Shown one piece after another: positions 11,360 to 24,181 of a stretch of 64,000 nucleotides of DNA (its first letter is position 1; each line of letters begins with the position of its first letter). The stretch comes from Euglena gracilis. Its lineage: Eukaryota. A program made the translations under genes and the position numbers. The DNA is taken from positions 14,681,667-14,745,666 of the forward strand of contig CP154954.1 in the NCBI GenBank assembly GCA_039621445.1, read 5' to 3'. Below the pieces are notes generated by a model. It made no database searches and was not told the origin of the DNA. It saw only the letters and a program-made list of their open reading frames with translations.

Positions 11360-12960
11360 ATGGTGTATGTACAAGCATAAATAGTTTGGGCGTCCAAAGT
11401 CGGGGGACAGAGAGCGCATCATTTGGGAGGTTCATTATTTGATCAGAAAAAATCATATTGAAAATAATGATATCCGCACTTTTTGATATTCATTTCATTT
11501 TTTTTCGATATTTCCCATATTTGTTGGTCCAGTATATTTTTCCAAAATATGTTTGTTCTTTTATGTGTCTTTTTTTTGAAGAAGAAGATTGATGTTTCCC
11601 CCTGGCCAGGGTCCATTATTTGCGGATATTTGGAAGGGGCGTGCATGGTGGTGATGAATGGTGAAGTTCAAAATTATTATTATGTGGCAGGGTGAAGTTT
11701 GTGCCCCCCAAGGTGGTCTCAGGTATACAGAAGGATAGTGTTACGGTTGCAATTTTCCGGTCTAAGATTTCTTTGTATATTTCTGGACAGCAGTATTTTA
11801 TGAAAGCTGTGTATGAATTGCACAGAATGTTTATTCTCGAAAGGGGCAGGGGATTGGTTAGGAACAGGTTTAGGGTTCCCCCCCGTTGGCGTTCTTCCCT
11901 CGTAGATTTGCTCGATGTCAGACTGGTTGAGTTCTTGCCAACAGTGTCGGGACAATCAGAATTCATAACAGTAATGGCAATTGTCTTGTGTCAGAAGCAG
12001 GCGGCTATTCCAGACATTGGGAGCAGAATGACCCTGGATTTGCCTTGCACACCCCACTCCCTCCAGCCCAACCAGCTCGGACAGCAGTGTTGGGACCTCC
12101 GGTCCCTTCGGCTGGAGCCCTCCGCTCACCCTGGCGGTGACCGTGCCACCCATGCCTCCACGGTGGTCGTGCCGCTCCATCGATTGCCACCGAATCCGCC
12201 TTATCATGAAAACCACACAACTGCAAATACTGGAATTGTTGAAGAAAATGAAGGGATCCTTAATTTGAGAAACAGAAAGGAGATGGAAAATTACTGGTTT
12301 TATCTTACGCTTCCGGGAGCATACTGTAATGTGCAGTGTGCAGAGGTATTATATTAAAATTTTTATAATAAAATTTTCATATCAATTAATTATTTACAAT
12401 ATTGTTTGTGATAGCATATACCAATCGTTGGAGGAGCGAATTTGTCAGGCAAGGACCGTTTTCAGTAAAGGTCAAGGTAAACCTTGCCTTCTTTGCTTGC
12501 GCACTGATAAGTTTTTTCCAGCTTTTTTGAATATTTTTTCAGGCTCTCAATCATGTCTCAGGCTTTTTTACGACAGTGCAATTGTGTGTGCCAAACAAAT
12601 GTTATTGCCGAATTGTATGCCACGCCACAGATAGCCCCCCCCCCCCCTTCTGGAGAAGCCCCCCCATTTCACAGCAGAACCCTCTGACGAGGGCTGCCCC
12701 ACTGAATTACAAAAAAAACCAGGTTTGTTTCTGCAGCAATGATGTCCTGAATTGTACAGTGTCACCTGGGAATCTATCCCCCCCCTCTATATCTCTCTCT
12801 GTGTGTGTGCCTGCGCGCATCAATATTTCTTTCTTTTGTTGGAATTTCCAAAGTTATCTTTAGGCAGCCCTGAATTAAAGATGTTATTTCTTTGCTGCCC
12901 CGAAACGCCTTTTCGATCTCTTTGTGTCACGTTGCTCAATTTCTTTTCATATTTAATGGT
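10244..12960 (+). repeat. Long repeat X, copy 1 (internal fragment; empty TC site at ~12770-12800)
   Basis: Colinear with 17693-19622, and with 50008-50163, 53346-56280 and 59420-59580. Shared blocks include GGGCTGCTGAAGCTCTT.CAATCCCATCACCGCCA and GACGAGGGCTGCCCCACTGAAT. Confidence 0.92.
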
Positions 12961-12967
12961 GTTTGGC

Positions 12968-14080
12968 TCTGCCCGAACGTCGTCGCCCAACAGCAGCGCA
13001 GCGAAGCTGTTGATGCTGAGGCTGTTTATCTGCATCTGCTGCGCCTAGTTGTCACCCCCGGCCAGCTGCCGCACTCCGACAGGGGGTGCCGTACTTTAGC
13101 ACCCATACCGGTACCGCCCTGGCACCTCCCGCCGCTCTTTCTAGATGTCCTCCGCCATCTTCTTCAGGACAGCCGTGAGGTGCTGCCCTCCAACGACGAC
13201 ATACTCCCGGTCTGTGACGGAGGGTGAGAGGCAGGCAGGAAGGGAAAGGAAATTCAATCTTCTGTTCCCTTGTGAAGAGGTGCTTGTCGGGCCAGCCACC
13301 GGCCCAGGGGCGTTGGGCTCCACCGCCACCTTCTTCTTCCTCTTCTTCTCCGCCTCCAATTCCTCCCCTTCCGCCTCTTGGGGGATTTGGGTTGGAGCGG
13401 GTTGCAAGGAGATGCAGCTGCCACAGCTGCTCCAAGTAGTGGCTGCGGAACGGGACATGGGGTCCACCAGGGGCAGCACCGCCACCACCACCCGTTCAGG
13501 TGCTCCGGTAACTCTGCCCGTAGTAGTCGAACCGCAAGACAGCGGGGTTCCCGGCCAGGTCGCGACATAGCTGGGCCTGCCGCTCCAGGGCCAGCCGGGA
13601 ACGGTAGGCAGCAGAGTGCAGCAGGGTGACGGGTGGCCCACACCCGGGTCGCATTCCGCCGCTCCCCGGACAGCGACCACCTTCTGGCCGAACTGACCCG
13701 CCGCCCCCGCCGACATCACATGGAGATGCTGCTGTGGGATGCCTGGGCGTCGCTCCAGGCCCATCACCAGCACGCCTGCCCCCGTTACCGCTCGTCGCCT
13801 ACAAGGACGTGCTGCTGCCCACCACCGGTGCCCTGGGCCGCTTCCTCCGCCCCACCAGCTTGTAGAGGGGGTGGGACGGGTCCACCGTGGCCATGACAAA
13901 GTCCGCGCACGTGGCGACGAATGTGTCCCGCAGCAGCCATTCGATGGTCTTGCCGGCGGTGGTGCAGAATTGTCTGACAGGGGGGTAAGCGTGTCGGGGA
14001 CGGTGGAGGGTCTGCGGTTGGTGGGGTATGGAGTTGTGGTGGGTGTAGGGACCTCTGATTGCCGGGATCCGCCGACACAA
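12968..14080 (-). pseudogene. Second, divergent ParB-like (GGQH) pseudogene
   Basis: DREYVVVGGQHLTAVLKKMAED (motif 13177-13203) followed by PPVGVRQLAGGDN*AQQMQINSLSINSFAALLL, paralleling ILSGQHRFLAA...QQLAGRLQ...MTLADRLHWLL of the first gene. Upstream GC-rich exon-like blocks include EAEGEELEAEKKRKKK. In-frame stops present. Confidence 0.6.
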
Positions 14081-14737
14081 CAGCCGGTCAAAACCACACA
14101 GCCGAAGGGAGGGGTCCCACCACGTTAAAAGATATTGAGAGATCAAAGGATGAATGTGCAGGTGCATTCATTCATCATTCATGTTGATACCATTATTAGC
14201 AGGAATGTGAATTTGCGCATTCTTTTCAGTAACAGTGAATGCACACCTGCACATTGTGCAGTGAAGAATGGGATGGTTACATTTGCAGATTATATCCATT
14301 TCAGGTGTGGCCAGATGGTTGGAGTCTGTGAACGCGTTTGTCAGCTGTAAAATTGTTTTGATATTCACTTTCAAACCATCAACAACGGCATCGGGGGATA
14401 ACATCAGATCCTGTGTTTATCAACAGTGCTCAGGTATTGTGTGCCGTACAATTTGAAACCCATATGGTTGGAAGAAACCTTGTGCAGCCAACCCCAGATA
14501 GGTGTATCTCACCCACTCCCAGATTATTGTGGATTCCCCCTCGAAAACATTTGGAAAAATTTTTAGCTGTGGTCTTTGGCCAGGCTGGACTGACCTCATA
14601 GGAGGGGAGCCCATGGTGAGGGAAAAGCATTCAGGATGCAGCAGCCTCGTAATCACGTGAAACTCTCCGTTCTGACACCCGCTCACTCAACGCAAGCAAG
14701 GGCTTGAACTGCGTTAAACCTTGGGGGTAGCAACAAC

Positions 14738-14940
14738 CAAGCACCTATAGTACAAATGGCCGAAAATGGCCGAAAATGGCCGAAAATGGCCGAAAATGGC
14801 CGAAAATGAATTTTTGGGCTCTATAGGTAGGTGGGGGTCCCGAAAATGGCCGAAAATGGCCGAAAATGGCCGAAAATGGCTGAAAATGGCCGAAAATGGC
14901 CGAAAATGACAAAAATCGGGGGGTCAACTATAGGTGCTTG
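14738..14940. mobile_element. MITE (hAT-like), internal (AAATGGCCGA)n
   Basis: Perfect 14-bp TIR CAAGCACCTATAGT; 8-bp TSD GCAACAAC at 14730-14737 and 14941-14948. Confidence 0.95.
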
Positions 14941-17900
14941 GCAACAACCACCACCGGCCCGCTTCCAACAGCTTGTGGTGCCAGAAGGAGGAATTTTTGG
15001 ATATCCTTATTGCGTAGATGCGCATTTTCCAAATAACCAATATCTGCGCATCCACGCCTTCCTTTCTAATCTCTAACAAATACACCCTCGTTTTCTGCCC
15101 TCGTCCTCACACACACACCGTAGGCCCCATCCCATTCAAAACATCCATCACATCCATACCACCCCAATTATTTTCTCCAACCGCAATTCTGCTGCCCCGG
15201 CGGGGTGAAGGTGGGTGGGCGGCGTCAACTGGAGGTCACCGCACAATCTAGGGTAGGGTTTTGGGGATCGGTCAGGCAGGCACCCCTGTCCGGTGACCGA
15301 TTCTGTTTTCTTTACCCTTTTTGCAAAGACCAACCCGACCCTGGGTACCCTGGCTACCCCCTCGGGTGGTGTGCCTGCTATCTGCAGGCACCTTATAGCA
15401 CCCATCCCCCACTCCCCCCCTGTTGGTAAAAAAAAAGTCACAAGCCTCACAAACATTTCAAGGTTCAAAGCACTTTTATAGTTTATGGCCAACCGCGTGC
15501 CACCATCCAAGGTATGCCTCCATCCCGGCACCCATCATTCCAGTCGGTGCCTGCTAGCTGAGAAACAATGAAGAGAATCTTGTGATCCCTGCACCACTGT
15601 GGCCTGCAATGAATTTGTCCGCGTCATCAAAGGTTGTTCAGTTTTGGGTTTAACGGAATGTTGTTTTTGACACATTATTGGTTTTCTGTTGGGTTTGTTA
15701 ATTTGGCAGCCCATTTCCGGCATAATTTGAACCTGCTCGCTCACTCATTTGTTGCTGTCTAGTTGTTTTTCCATGGCCAAAGAGTATTTAAAAAGTCTAT
15801 CATTCGATAGGAGGGAGTTTTGTTTTATCATATTTGATTGACACAAATACAATGGGGAATTTAATTTCGTCTCAAACTTGCACGGCATTTGCAACGTTCC
15901 ATCCGCCCCCTTCCCCATTTTTGCCCAGGCAAGCCTTGCTCCCAACAAAATGCTCTCCTCTCTGTCGCTGCCCTGCGGTGCCAATGTGCGGGTTGAGTGG
16001 ACGGGCTCCAGAGCGGCTCGGACGGCGTGCAGGCGATTACCGTGCTTTTCCGAAGGCAGGGGTGGTATTAACCTTCCCTGGATGGGTATGCTTTTTATGG
16101 TTGCATTGGATTGCATACAATTTGTAAATATAGGACAAAATAGTAAGCAGTGTCGTCGACCATGTTTTTGTATGGATCTGCTGCACAGCATCGTGAATTG
16201 CTTCCACCAGAGAGTGATTTGCAGAAACAAATTCAGATGCTCCGGCCAACAATCAGCAATTTTTTTTTCATTTCTCGTCTTTTTTCCCCCTGGAAATTTC
16301 ATTCCTGAAGTTTGGGGGTTGTGGTCGTTGGGTTTTAGAGGCACCGTTGTTGCTATTTGGAGGTACCGTTGGCCGAGTCGGCCCTCCCGGGGCCAACCAG
16401 GGCCGATTTTGCCGATACCCGTAGGGCTGGTGGGGATGCTGCCACACCACGCCCACCTCGTGCGGCACCGCATGCTCCGCATGGCGCACCGTGTGCACCG
16501 TGTGGGCTCATTTCCAACATTCCTCGAATTTATATTACATTTTGGCCACCTTTGGCCGCTTTTAACGTTTTTGTTTGTTTAATCTTCGGCTATTTGTTGC
16601 CAGTTTTTGGCTTTTTGCCTTATTTGGTGTCGTTTCCCATTTGAAGCATTCTTGATGTCATTGTCGGTCATTTCATGGCCACTGTTTTGCAATTTTAACA
16701 GTATTTCGATTTTGAACCTTTTTTAGCCATTTTTTTGCCTAATGCAGTGGTTGCAGATATGGTGGCACAGAGTGCCGCACGTGGTGCACTTGCGGCACCA
16801 TGAGGTGCACGTGGTGCCACAAAATATGTGATGCACGTGTTGCGGAAGGGTCCCCAGTGCCAAATATGAATTTTGTTGGCTGATTTATGGGGAGTGAGTG
16901 TGAAGATTTTATCCCCTCTTCCTTTGTTCCCTACGCTTTTGGTGCAAACAGTCTCCCTCTCCTCATTCTTTGATTTCTGTCTTGTTTGTACTGCAAGTGA
17001 ATTTTGTGAAGGGAATGAGCGACAGCTGCGGTTCGAAACATAATTAAGTATTATTGAGGGGTCCAGCCAGCACCCTTTTTACAACCAGCACCTGCACCCC
17101 CGAATGGGCTGCAAAGCGTCCCTTTTGTCTGGAGGTTTGGTTGTTCCTTGATTGAGATGGTACATTTTGCATGTGATTTGTAAACCATCAAGACAGTGAC
17201 GGTTGAAAACATCTTTTGGTGGTGATAAAGTGTTAATAGAGTGGGAACACAAGAACACCATCTGGAATGGCATGTGATTGCTCAGATGAAGGATGGCTCC
17301 CAAAACGGTTAAATTGGTTTCAATTTCAAACAGCCAAAATTACTGGAAAGTTGCTGGAAAAAATGGCTCACCCTGGCAAAATGGCAAAATGACAAAATGG
17401 GGAGGCTAAAACTGGACCACGGGGGATAAATTGGCTATTCGAGGGAAGAAGACAATGTAGCTTCGTAATTGAATGAAATGTGTCTTCCTTCCTTCAAATC
17501 TTTTTTTCCAGAAATTCTCTGCATTAAAGTACTGCAGTTGGCTTTGCCGTTATAGAAGCTGGGAAAAAGTGCTGGCTGGACCCCCCCCCCTAGAGGGGTC
17601 CTATTCAGCTGCTGAGCTGGACCCGGCTGGCACCCGAAAGCTGGCAAAAAGGCCCAAATCTACCTGTCTTGGATTTTTTCCCAGCCAACTTATTGAGGTG
17701 GAAACCTAAAAAACGACCAACAATGGATTTTGGCCATTTTTGGCCATTTTGGACCTCTGTTAATCAATTTTTTTTTCGGTTCAGGCCGGTTTCACTGCCC
17801 TGTGAAGATTTCATTGACACTCACCCTCACCACTCCCACTTACTCTTAGGGGGGAGCGTCGGCCATTCGAATGGCAGGTGTTCGCTGGAAAAAATGGTGC

Positions 17901-19557
17901 TGGTTCAAACCCCCGGCAGGGGTGGAGGCAGGGGGGGGGTCCCTGGAATGGGTTGGAATGGGGGCACAGGTTTATGATGTGGCTGAAGACATCACAAAGT
18001 CAAGTAATTGAATTCATCGGATATTCAAAATATTGTGTGACAAAAAGAGTAAAAAGCATGGCACATTATGTGACAAAAAATCCCAGCCCTGGCGACGTAA
18101 AATGTATGACATTGTCACAAGTATCATTGTGTGGTTTTGAATCATAATTATTTTGTATTGGCACACCTCCTGAATGTCCGGCCAATTACGTGACGGCTGG
18201 CAAATTCGGAATGAACCATGGAGCTGTTAAGAGCCGTGTAAGGGACCATATTTGCACAGTGGCCTGGGGCTGCTGAAGCTCTTGCAATCCCATCACCGCC
18301 AGTTGGCCATCCAAGTCGGCATGTCCCGCTGCAAGGTTCTCCTGTAATGTAAAAGAGTGGTTATGAGTTTTTTTCTCGTTGTGTGTGTGTGTGTGTGTGT
18401 GTGCGTGTGCTTGAGTGCGTGTGTCTGTTTATAAGCGTAAATAATTTGTGCAGCCAAAGTCGGGGGACAGGGCGCTGTAAGTTGGGTAAGCTGTAGTTTT
18501 CTGCGTGTAATTTTAGACAGCAACATTTTATGTAAGCTATGTATGAATTGCACCGAATGTTTATTACCACATTGGTACCACATTGGGCAGATAATTGGAT
18601 AGGTTCCGATTTAGGGTTCCCCCATTGGCATTATTCCTTCCTAAATTCGCTAGATCTGAGATTGGGTGATTCTTGCCAACAATATCAGAACAATAAGAAT
18701 TCAGAACAATAATAAAAATTGGTGTGTGTGTGTATGTCAAAAGCAGGTTGATTTTCCAGTATGACCCTGTCCTTGCCTTGAGCATCCCACCCCCTCCAGC
18801 CCAACCAGCTCGGACAGCAGTGTTGGGACCCACGGTCCATTCGGCAGGAGCCCTCCACTCACCCCAGCGGTGGCCGCACCACACATGCCTCCACGGTGGT
18901 CGTGTGGCTCTATTGATTGCCACCTATTTCGCCTTATCTTGAAAACCACACAACTGCCAATACTGGAATTCTTGTCCAGCTGAAGAGTGAAGAGCTGGAG
19001 GGATTCTGAATTTGAGAAATAGAAAGGCAATGTAAAAATAACCGGTTTTCTCCTGTGCTTGCGAGAGTAAACCGTAAAGTGCTTGTTTTTAGAGGATTTG
19101 AATGATTTTTTTTCTCATCAGGTAATACGTGTGGCATAACAATTGGTTATTTACAACATTGCTTGTGGCCGTATATACAAATCGTTTGAAAAGTGAAAAT
19201 GCCAGAAAAGGAACGTTTTCAGTAAAGGGAAGCCTTGACAAGGCTGGTAATTGATCTTGCATTTGGGGGGGGGGGTTGCGATATTTTGCGAGACATTGCA
19301 CGGCCTTGCAATATTGGCGATATTTTCAATTGTCTTCTTTTCTTGCATACTGTCATGTTTGTTTTTTCATCCAAATTTATTTTTTGAATATTTTTTTCAG
19401 GCTCTCAATCAGGTGTTAGGCTTTGTCACGACGGTGCAATTGTGTGTGCCAAACAGATGCGATTGCCGAACTGTATGACACGCCACAGATAGCCCCGCTT
19501 CTAGAGGAGCCTCCCCATTTCACAGCAAAACCCTCCGACGAGGGCTGCCCCACTGAA

Positions 19558-19622
19558 TCACAAGACAACCAGGTACGCTTCTGTGACAATCATGTCCCAA
19601 ATCGTACAGTGTCCCCTGGGAA

Positions 19623-19684
<62 letters not shown>

Positions 19685-20778
19685 CGTGGGTTTCCCTTGC
19701 CTTTCCCTTTCCCCCTCCCCCCTCCCTTGGCCTCCTGTCCCCCGGTGGCTGCCCGTCTGTCTGGCGCGCTGGGCTGCCCCTTCCCTTTCCCCCTCCCCCC
19801 TCCCCTGGCCTCCGGTCCTCCGGTGGCTGCCCGTCTGTCTGGCGCGCTGGGCTGCCCCTTCCCCCTCCCCCCTCCCTTGCCTGCTGGTGGGTGTGTGACG
19901 GTCCCCGTGCGTGCGTGCGTGCTGGGGGGGCGGCGCTCCCCCCGTGGGCTCCGCACGCCTTTCACGCCACCCCTGGACCCCGCACCAGGGCCCGGGGGCC
20001 CGGGGATGCCACCGCCGGCAAGCCCCCCACCCCCCAGGGCCCCGTCGGCGTGGTACACCTCGTTCTGGTACCCGCATGACGGGCACGGATGGCAGTCTCC
20101 GTGCCCGGCACGCGGGTTTCGGGGATCTCCGCGGCCGCGTCGTTCTTGGGCTCCGTCGCCTCGTCCACGGCCTCGTCCTCCGCGTCCTCCGCGTCCTCCT
20201 CGTTTCTCTGGTGGCGGCTGCCTGCTCGCTTGGCGGCTTGGGGGTTCACACCCAATGGATCTCTTCCGCCCCCGGCGTTGTTGCTGTGGCTGCAGGGGGC
20301 CCAGGGGTTTTCGTCCCTTAGGTCCGGTCGTTACTGCTGCTGCTGGCGGGGGCGGATTCTGCCGCCATTGGTCGAGCTCTTGCTGCATTTCTTGCAGCGC
20401 TCGTTGGAGCCCTTGGAGGCGCTTTTGGAGGCGTTTTTGGCCGGTGCTTTTGCTGTTTGCCAGCCCTCTCCTTGGGGTTGGCCCTGCCGCTTCCTTGTGG
20501 GGTGACGTTTCCTTTGCCACCCTTGCCTCCTTTCCTGGGCTGTGTCTGTCCTTTTCCTGTTTTTTGTCCTCCTCGCTGGGCCCCCCCTTTTGGGTTGGGC
20601 TGTTGGTACCCTCTTTGGGGTGGTCCGGGGTTTTTTTCTTTCTCTCTCTCTCTCTCTCTCTCTCTTCCGCACCCAGCAGTAAAGGAGCCAGGCGGTTTCG
20701 GATCCAGCCGGGCCTTCCTTGTCGATGCCCCCGACGCCCGGCTGGTGGGGGCAGACCGCCTGGTGACGGGGCACTCAT
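19558..20778 (-). CDS. Putative ORF1-like protein (406 aa) of the hammerhead-bearing element: coiled-coil, RGG box, CxxCxxC
   Basis: True ATG at 20776-20778. Contains QKRLQKRLQGLQRALQEMQQELDQW, RGGRGGRGGRGRGRG and CHPCPSCG. The duplicate at 22123-23378 is frameshifted, and GC-rich DNA gives long ORFs by chance. Confidence 0.4.
20688..20763 (-). ncRNA. Type III hammerhead ribozyme, U3:A8 core variant (copy 1)
   Basis: Minus strand: CCAGGCGGU-C-UGCCCCC-accagccgggcguc-GGGGGCA-UCGACAA-GGA-aggcccggcugga-UCC-GAA-ACCGCCUGG. This gives stem III 9 bp, GUC cleavage triplet, stem I 7 bp, core, stem II and GAAA. Confidence 0.85.
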
Positions 20779-21579
20779 GCTCCGCGGGTGGGCGCGTCAT
20801 GGACCCCAAGGGTATGCGGACCCTCAGGGCCACCCACGGCTCCATCCAGGCAGGCGAGATATAGCCCCGTGGGCACCCACCTGGAGAGCGGCTCCGCGTG
20901 TTGCATGGCCCTCGGGTGCTGCCGTCACCCGAGGAACGGCCCAGGAACTCCGGTTGCCAGGAGCGGGGACCCCGGGGGCCACTCGCCCCCCTCCTTGGCG
21001 TGAAGGTGGTCACCACTCTGGGATACTCTGGTCCACGGCCGGCGCCGATTGGGGTCCTGGCACCCCGTCAGCCCGCCTCCTTCACCCAGAGATGGGCCAG
21101 CCTTCCCGGAGCTACAGCCCGCATAGAGCCACTTGCTTCGACCCCAAGCAAGGTGTGGGGAGCCCGACCTGCGACTCACCAGGAGGGTCACGGGCTTCAC
21201 CCACACGTGGCTCTTTCCTCTGTGCCGACTTGCACTGGAGGCTGTGCGGGCGGGACTTTGCGCTCGAGTCCTTGCAGGCCGAGAAGCACCACCTCGGTTG
21301 CTGCGTGGGGTGGCCTAGCTGATGTTTGTAAACCGCGTCAGCTGGCGGGAGCCCATATTCTTTTCGCCGTGGGCGGTGGCGGCGTCGGCTCACCCCGGAC
21401 TCCGAGCCCCTAGCCGTCTTGGGCTGTGTGGGGAAGCGCTTCAGTCCCATGCGCCTGGCCTCGAAGGGCTCGCAAGCGCTAGTTGCCCGGAAGGAAGGCC
21501 GGGACTTTTGTTCCACCCGTTGTGGGGTGGCCGCGGTTTCCCGCGTGTCTCTCTCTTTCCGCACACAGCGGTAAAAGAG

Positions 21580-21655
21580 CCAGGCGGTTTCGGATCCAGC
21601 CGGGCCTTCCTTGTCGATGCCCCCGACGCCCGGCTGGTGGGGGCAGACCGCCTGG
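21580..21655 (-). ncRNA. Type III hammerhead ribozyme (copy 2)
   Basis: Same 76-nt sequence, 892 nt from copy 1. Confidence 0.85.
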
Positions 21656-22225
21656 TGACGGGGCACTCATGCTCCGCGGGTGGGCGCGTCATGGACCCCA
21701 AAGGGTATGCCGACCCTCAGGGCCACCCACGGCTCCATCCAGGCAGGCGAGATATAGCCCCGTGGGCACCCACCTGGAGAGCGGCTCCGCGTGTTGCATG
21801 GCCCTCGGGTGCTGCCGTCACCCGAGGAACGGCCCAGGAACTCCGGTTGCCAGGAGCGGGGACCCCGGGGGCCACTCGCCCCACTCCTTGGCGTGAAGGT
21901 GGTCACCACTCTGGGATACTCTGGTCCACGGCCGGCGCCGATTGGGGTCCTGGCACCCCGTCAGTTTTTTCATCCAAATTTATTTTTTGAATATTTTTTT
22001 CAGGCTCTCAATCAGGTGTTAGGCTTTCTCACGACGGTGCAATTGTGTGTGCCAAACAGATGCGATTGCCGAACTGTATGACACGCCACAGATAGCCCCG
22101 CTTCTAGAGGAGCCTCCCCATTTCACAGCAAAACCCTCCGACGAGGGCTGCCCCACTGAATCACAAGACAACCAGGTACGCTTCTGTGACAATCATGTCC
22201 CAAATCGTACAGTGTCCCCTGGGAA

Positions 22226-22285
<60 letters not shown>

Positions 22286-23287
22286 CGTAGGTTTCCCTTG
22301 CCTTTCCCTTTCCCCCTCCCCCCTCCCTTGGCCTCCTGTCCCCCGGTGGCTGCCCGTCTGTCTGGCGCGCTGGGCTGCCCCTTCCCTTTCCCCCTCCCCC
22401 CTCCCTTGGCCTCCGGTCCTCCGGTGGCTGCCCGTCTGTCTGGCGCGCTGGGCTGCCCCTTCCCCCTCCCCCCTCCCTTGCCTGCTGGTGGGTGTGTGAC
22501 GGTCCCCGTGCGTGCGTGCGTGCTGGGGGGGCGGCGCTCCCCCCGTGGGCTCCGCACGCCTTTCACGCCACCCCCGGACCCCGCACCAGGGCCCGGGGGC
22601 CCGGGGATGCCACCGCCGGCAAGCCCCCCACCCCCCAGGGCCCCGTCGGCGTGGTACACCTCGTTCTGGTACCCGCATGACGGGCACGGATGGCAGTCTC
22701 CGTGCCCGGCACGCGGGTTTCGGGGATCTCCGCGGCCGCGTCGTTCTTGGGCTCCGTCGCCTCGTCCACGGCCTCGTCCTCCGCGTCCTCCGCGTCCTCC
22801 TCGTTTCTCTGGTGGCGGCTGCCTGCTCGCTTGGCGGCTTGGGGGTTCAAACCCAATGGATCTCTTCCGCCCCCGGCGTTGTTGCTGTGGCTGCAGGGGG
22901 GCCCAGGGGTTGTCGTCCCTTAGGTCCGGTCGTTACTGCTGCTGCTGCGGGGGCGGATTCTGCCGCCATTGGTCGAGCTCTTGCTGCATTTCTTGCAGCG
23001 CTCGTTGGAGCCCTTGGAGGCGCTTTTGGAGGCGTTTTTGGCCGGTGCTTTGTGCTGTTTGCCAGCCCTCTCCTTGGGGTTGGCCCTGCCTGCTTCCTTG
23101 TGGGGTGACGTTTCCTTTGCCACCCTTGCCTCCTTTCCTGGGCTGTGTCTGTCCTTTTCCTGTTTGTTGTCCTCCTCGCTGGGCCCCCCCTTTTGGGTTG
23201 GGCTGTTGGTACCCTCTTTGGGGTGGTCCGGGGTTTTTTGCTTTCTCTCTCTCTCTCTCTCTCTTTCCGCACACAGCAGTAAAGGAG

Positions 23288-23363
23288 CCAGGCGGTTTCG
23301 GATCCAGCCGGGCCTTCCTTGTCGATGCCCCCGACGCCCGGCTGGTGGGGGCAGACCGCCTGG
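23288..23363 (-). ncRNA. Type III hammerhead ribozyme (copy 3)
   Basis: Same 76-nt sequence. Confidence 0.85.
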
Positions 23364-24181
23364 TGACGGGGCACTCATGCTCCGCGGGTGGGCGCGTCAT
23401 GGACCCCAAAGGGTATGCCGACCCTCAGGGCCACCCACGGCTCCATCCAGGCAGGCGAGATATAGCCCCGTGGGCACCCACCTGGAGAGCGGCTCCGCGT
23501 GTTGCATGGCCCTCGGGTGCTGCCGTCACCCGAGGAACGGCCCAGGAACTCCGGTTGCCAGGAGCGGGGACCCCGGGGGCCACTCGCCCCACTCCTTGGC
23601 GTGAAGGTGGTCACCACTCTGGGATACTCTGGTCCACGGCCGGCGCCGATTGGGGTCCTGGCACCCCGTCAGCCCGCCTCCTTCACCCCGAGATGGGCCA
23701 GCCTTCCCGGAGCTACAGCCCGCATAGAGCCACTTGCTTCGACCCCAAGCAAGGTGTGGGGAGCCCGACCTGCGACTCACCAGGAGGGTCACGGGCTTCA
23801 CCCACACGTGGCTCTTTCCTCTGTGCCGACTTGCACTGGAGGCTGTGCGGGCGGGACTTTGCGCTCGAGTCCTTGCAGGCCGAGAAGCCCCACCTCGGTT
23901 GCTGCGTGGGGTGGCCTAGCTGATGTTTGTAAACCGCGTCAGCTGGCGGGAGCCCATATTCTTTTCGCCGTGGGCGGTGGCGGCGTCGGCTCACCCCAGA
24001 CCCCTAGCCCCTAGCCGTCTTGGGCTGTGTGGAGAAGCGCTTCAGTCCCATGCGCCTGGCCTCGGAAGGCTCGCAAGCGCTAGGTGCCCGGAAGGAAGGC
24101 CGGGACTTTTGTTCCACCCGTTGTGGGGTGGCCGCGGTTTCCCGCGTGTCTCTCTCTTTTCCGCACACAGCGGTAAAGGAG

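Noticed and set aside
20770-20806. AUGA...GA (minus) as a SECIS element
   Set aside because: Too short, no apical AA, and the GA is not kept in the 57-kb relative.
21505-21547. GGCCACCCCACAACGGGTGG (minus) as an ingi/L1Tc signature or HDV-like ribozyme
   Set aside because: Superficial similarity only; I could not build the P1/P2 nested pseudoknot, and the linked RT is PLE-like.
19583-23923. Long plus-strand ORFs (579 aa, 541 aa)
   Set aside because: Antisense to the ribozyme/RT strand, GC-rich low complexity, frames differ between duplicates, and no domain motif.
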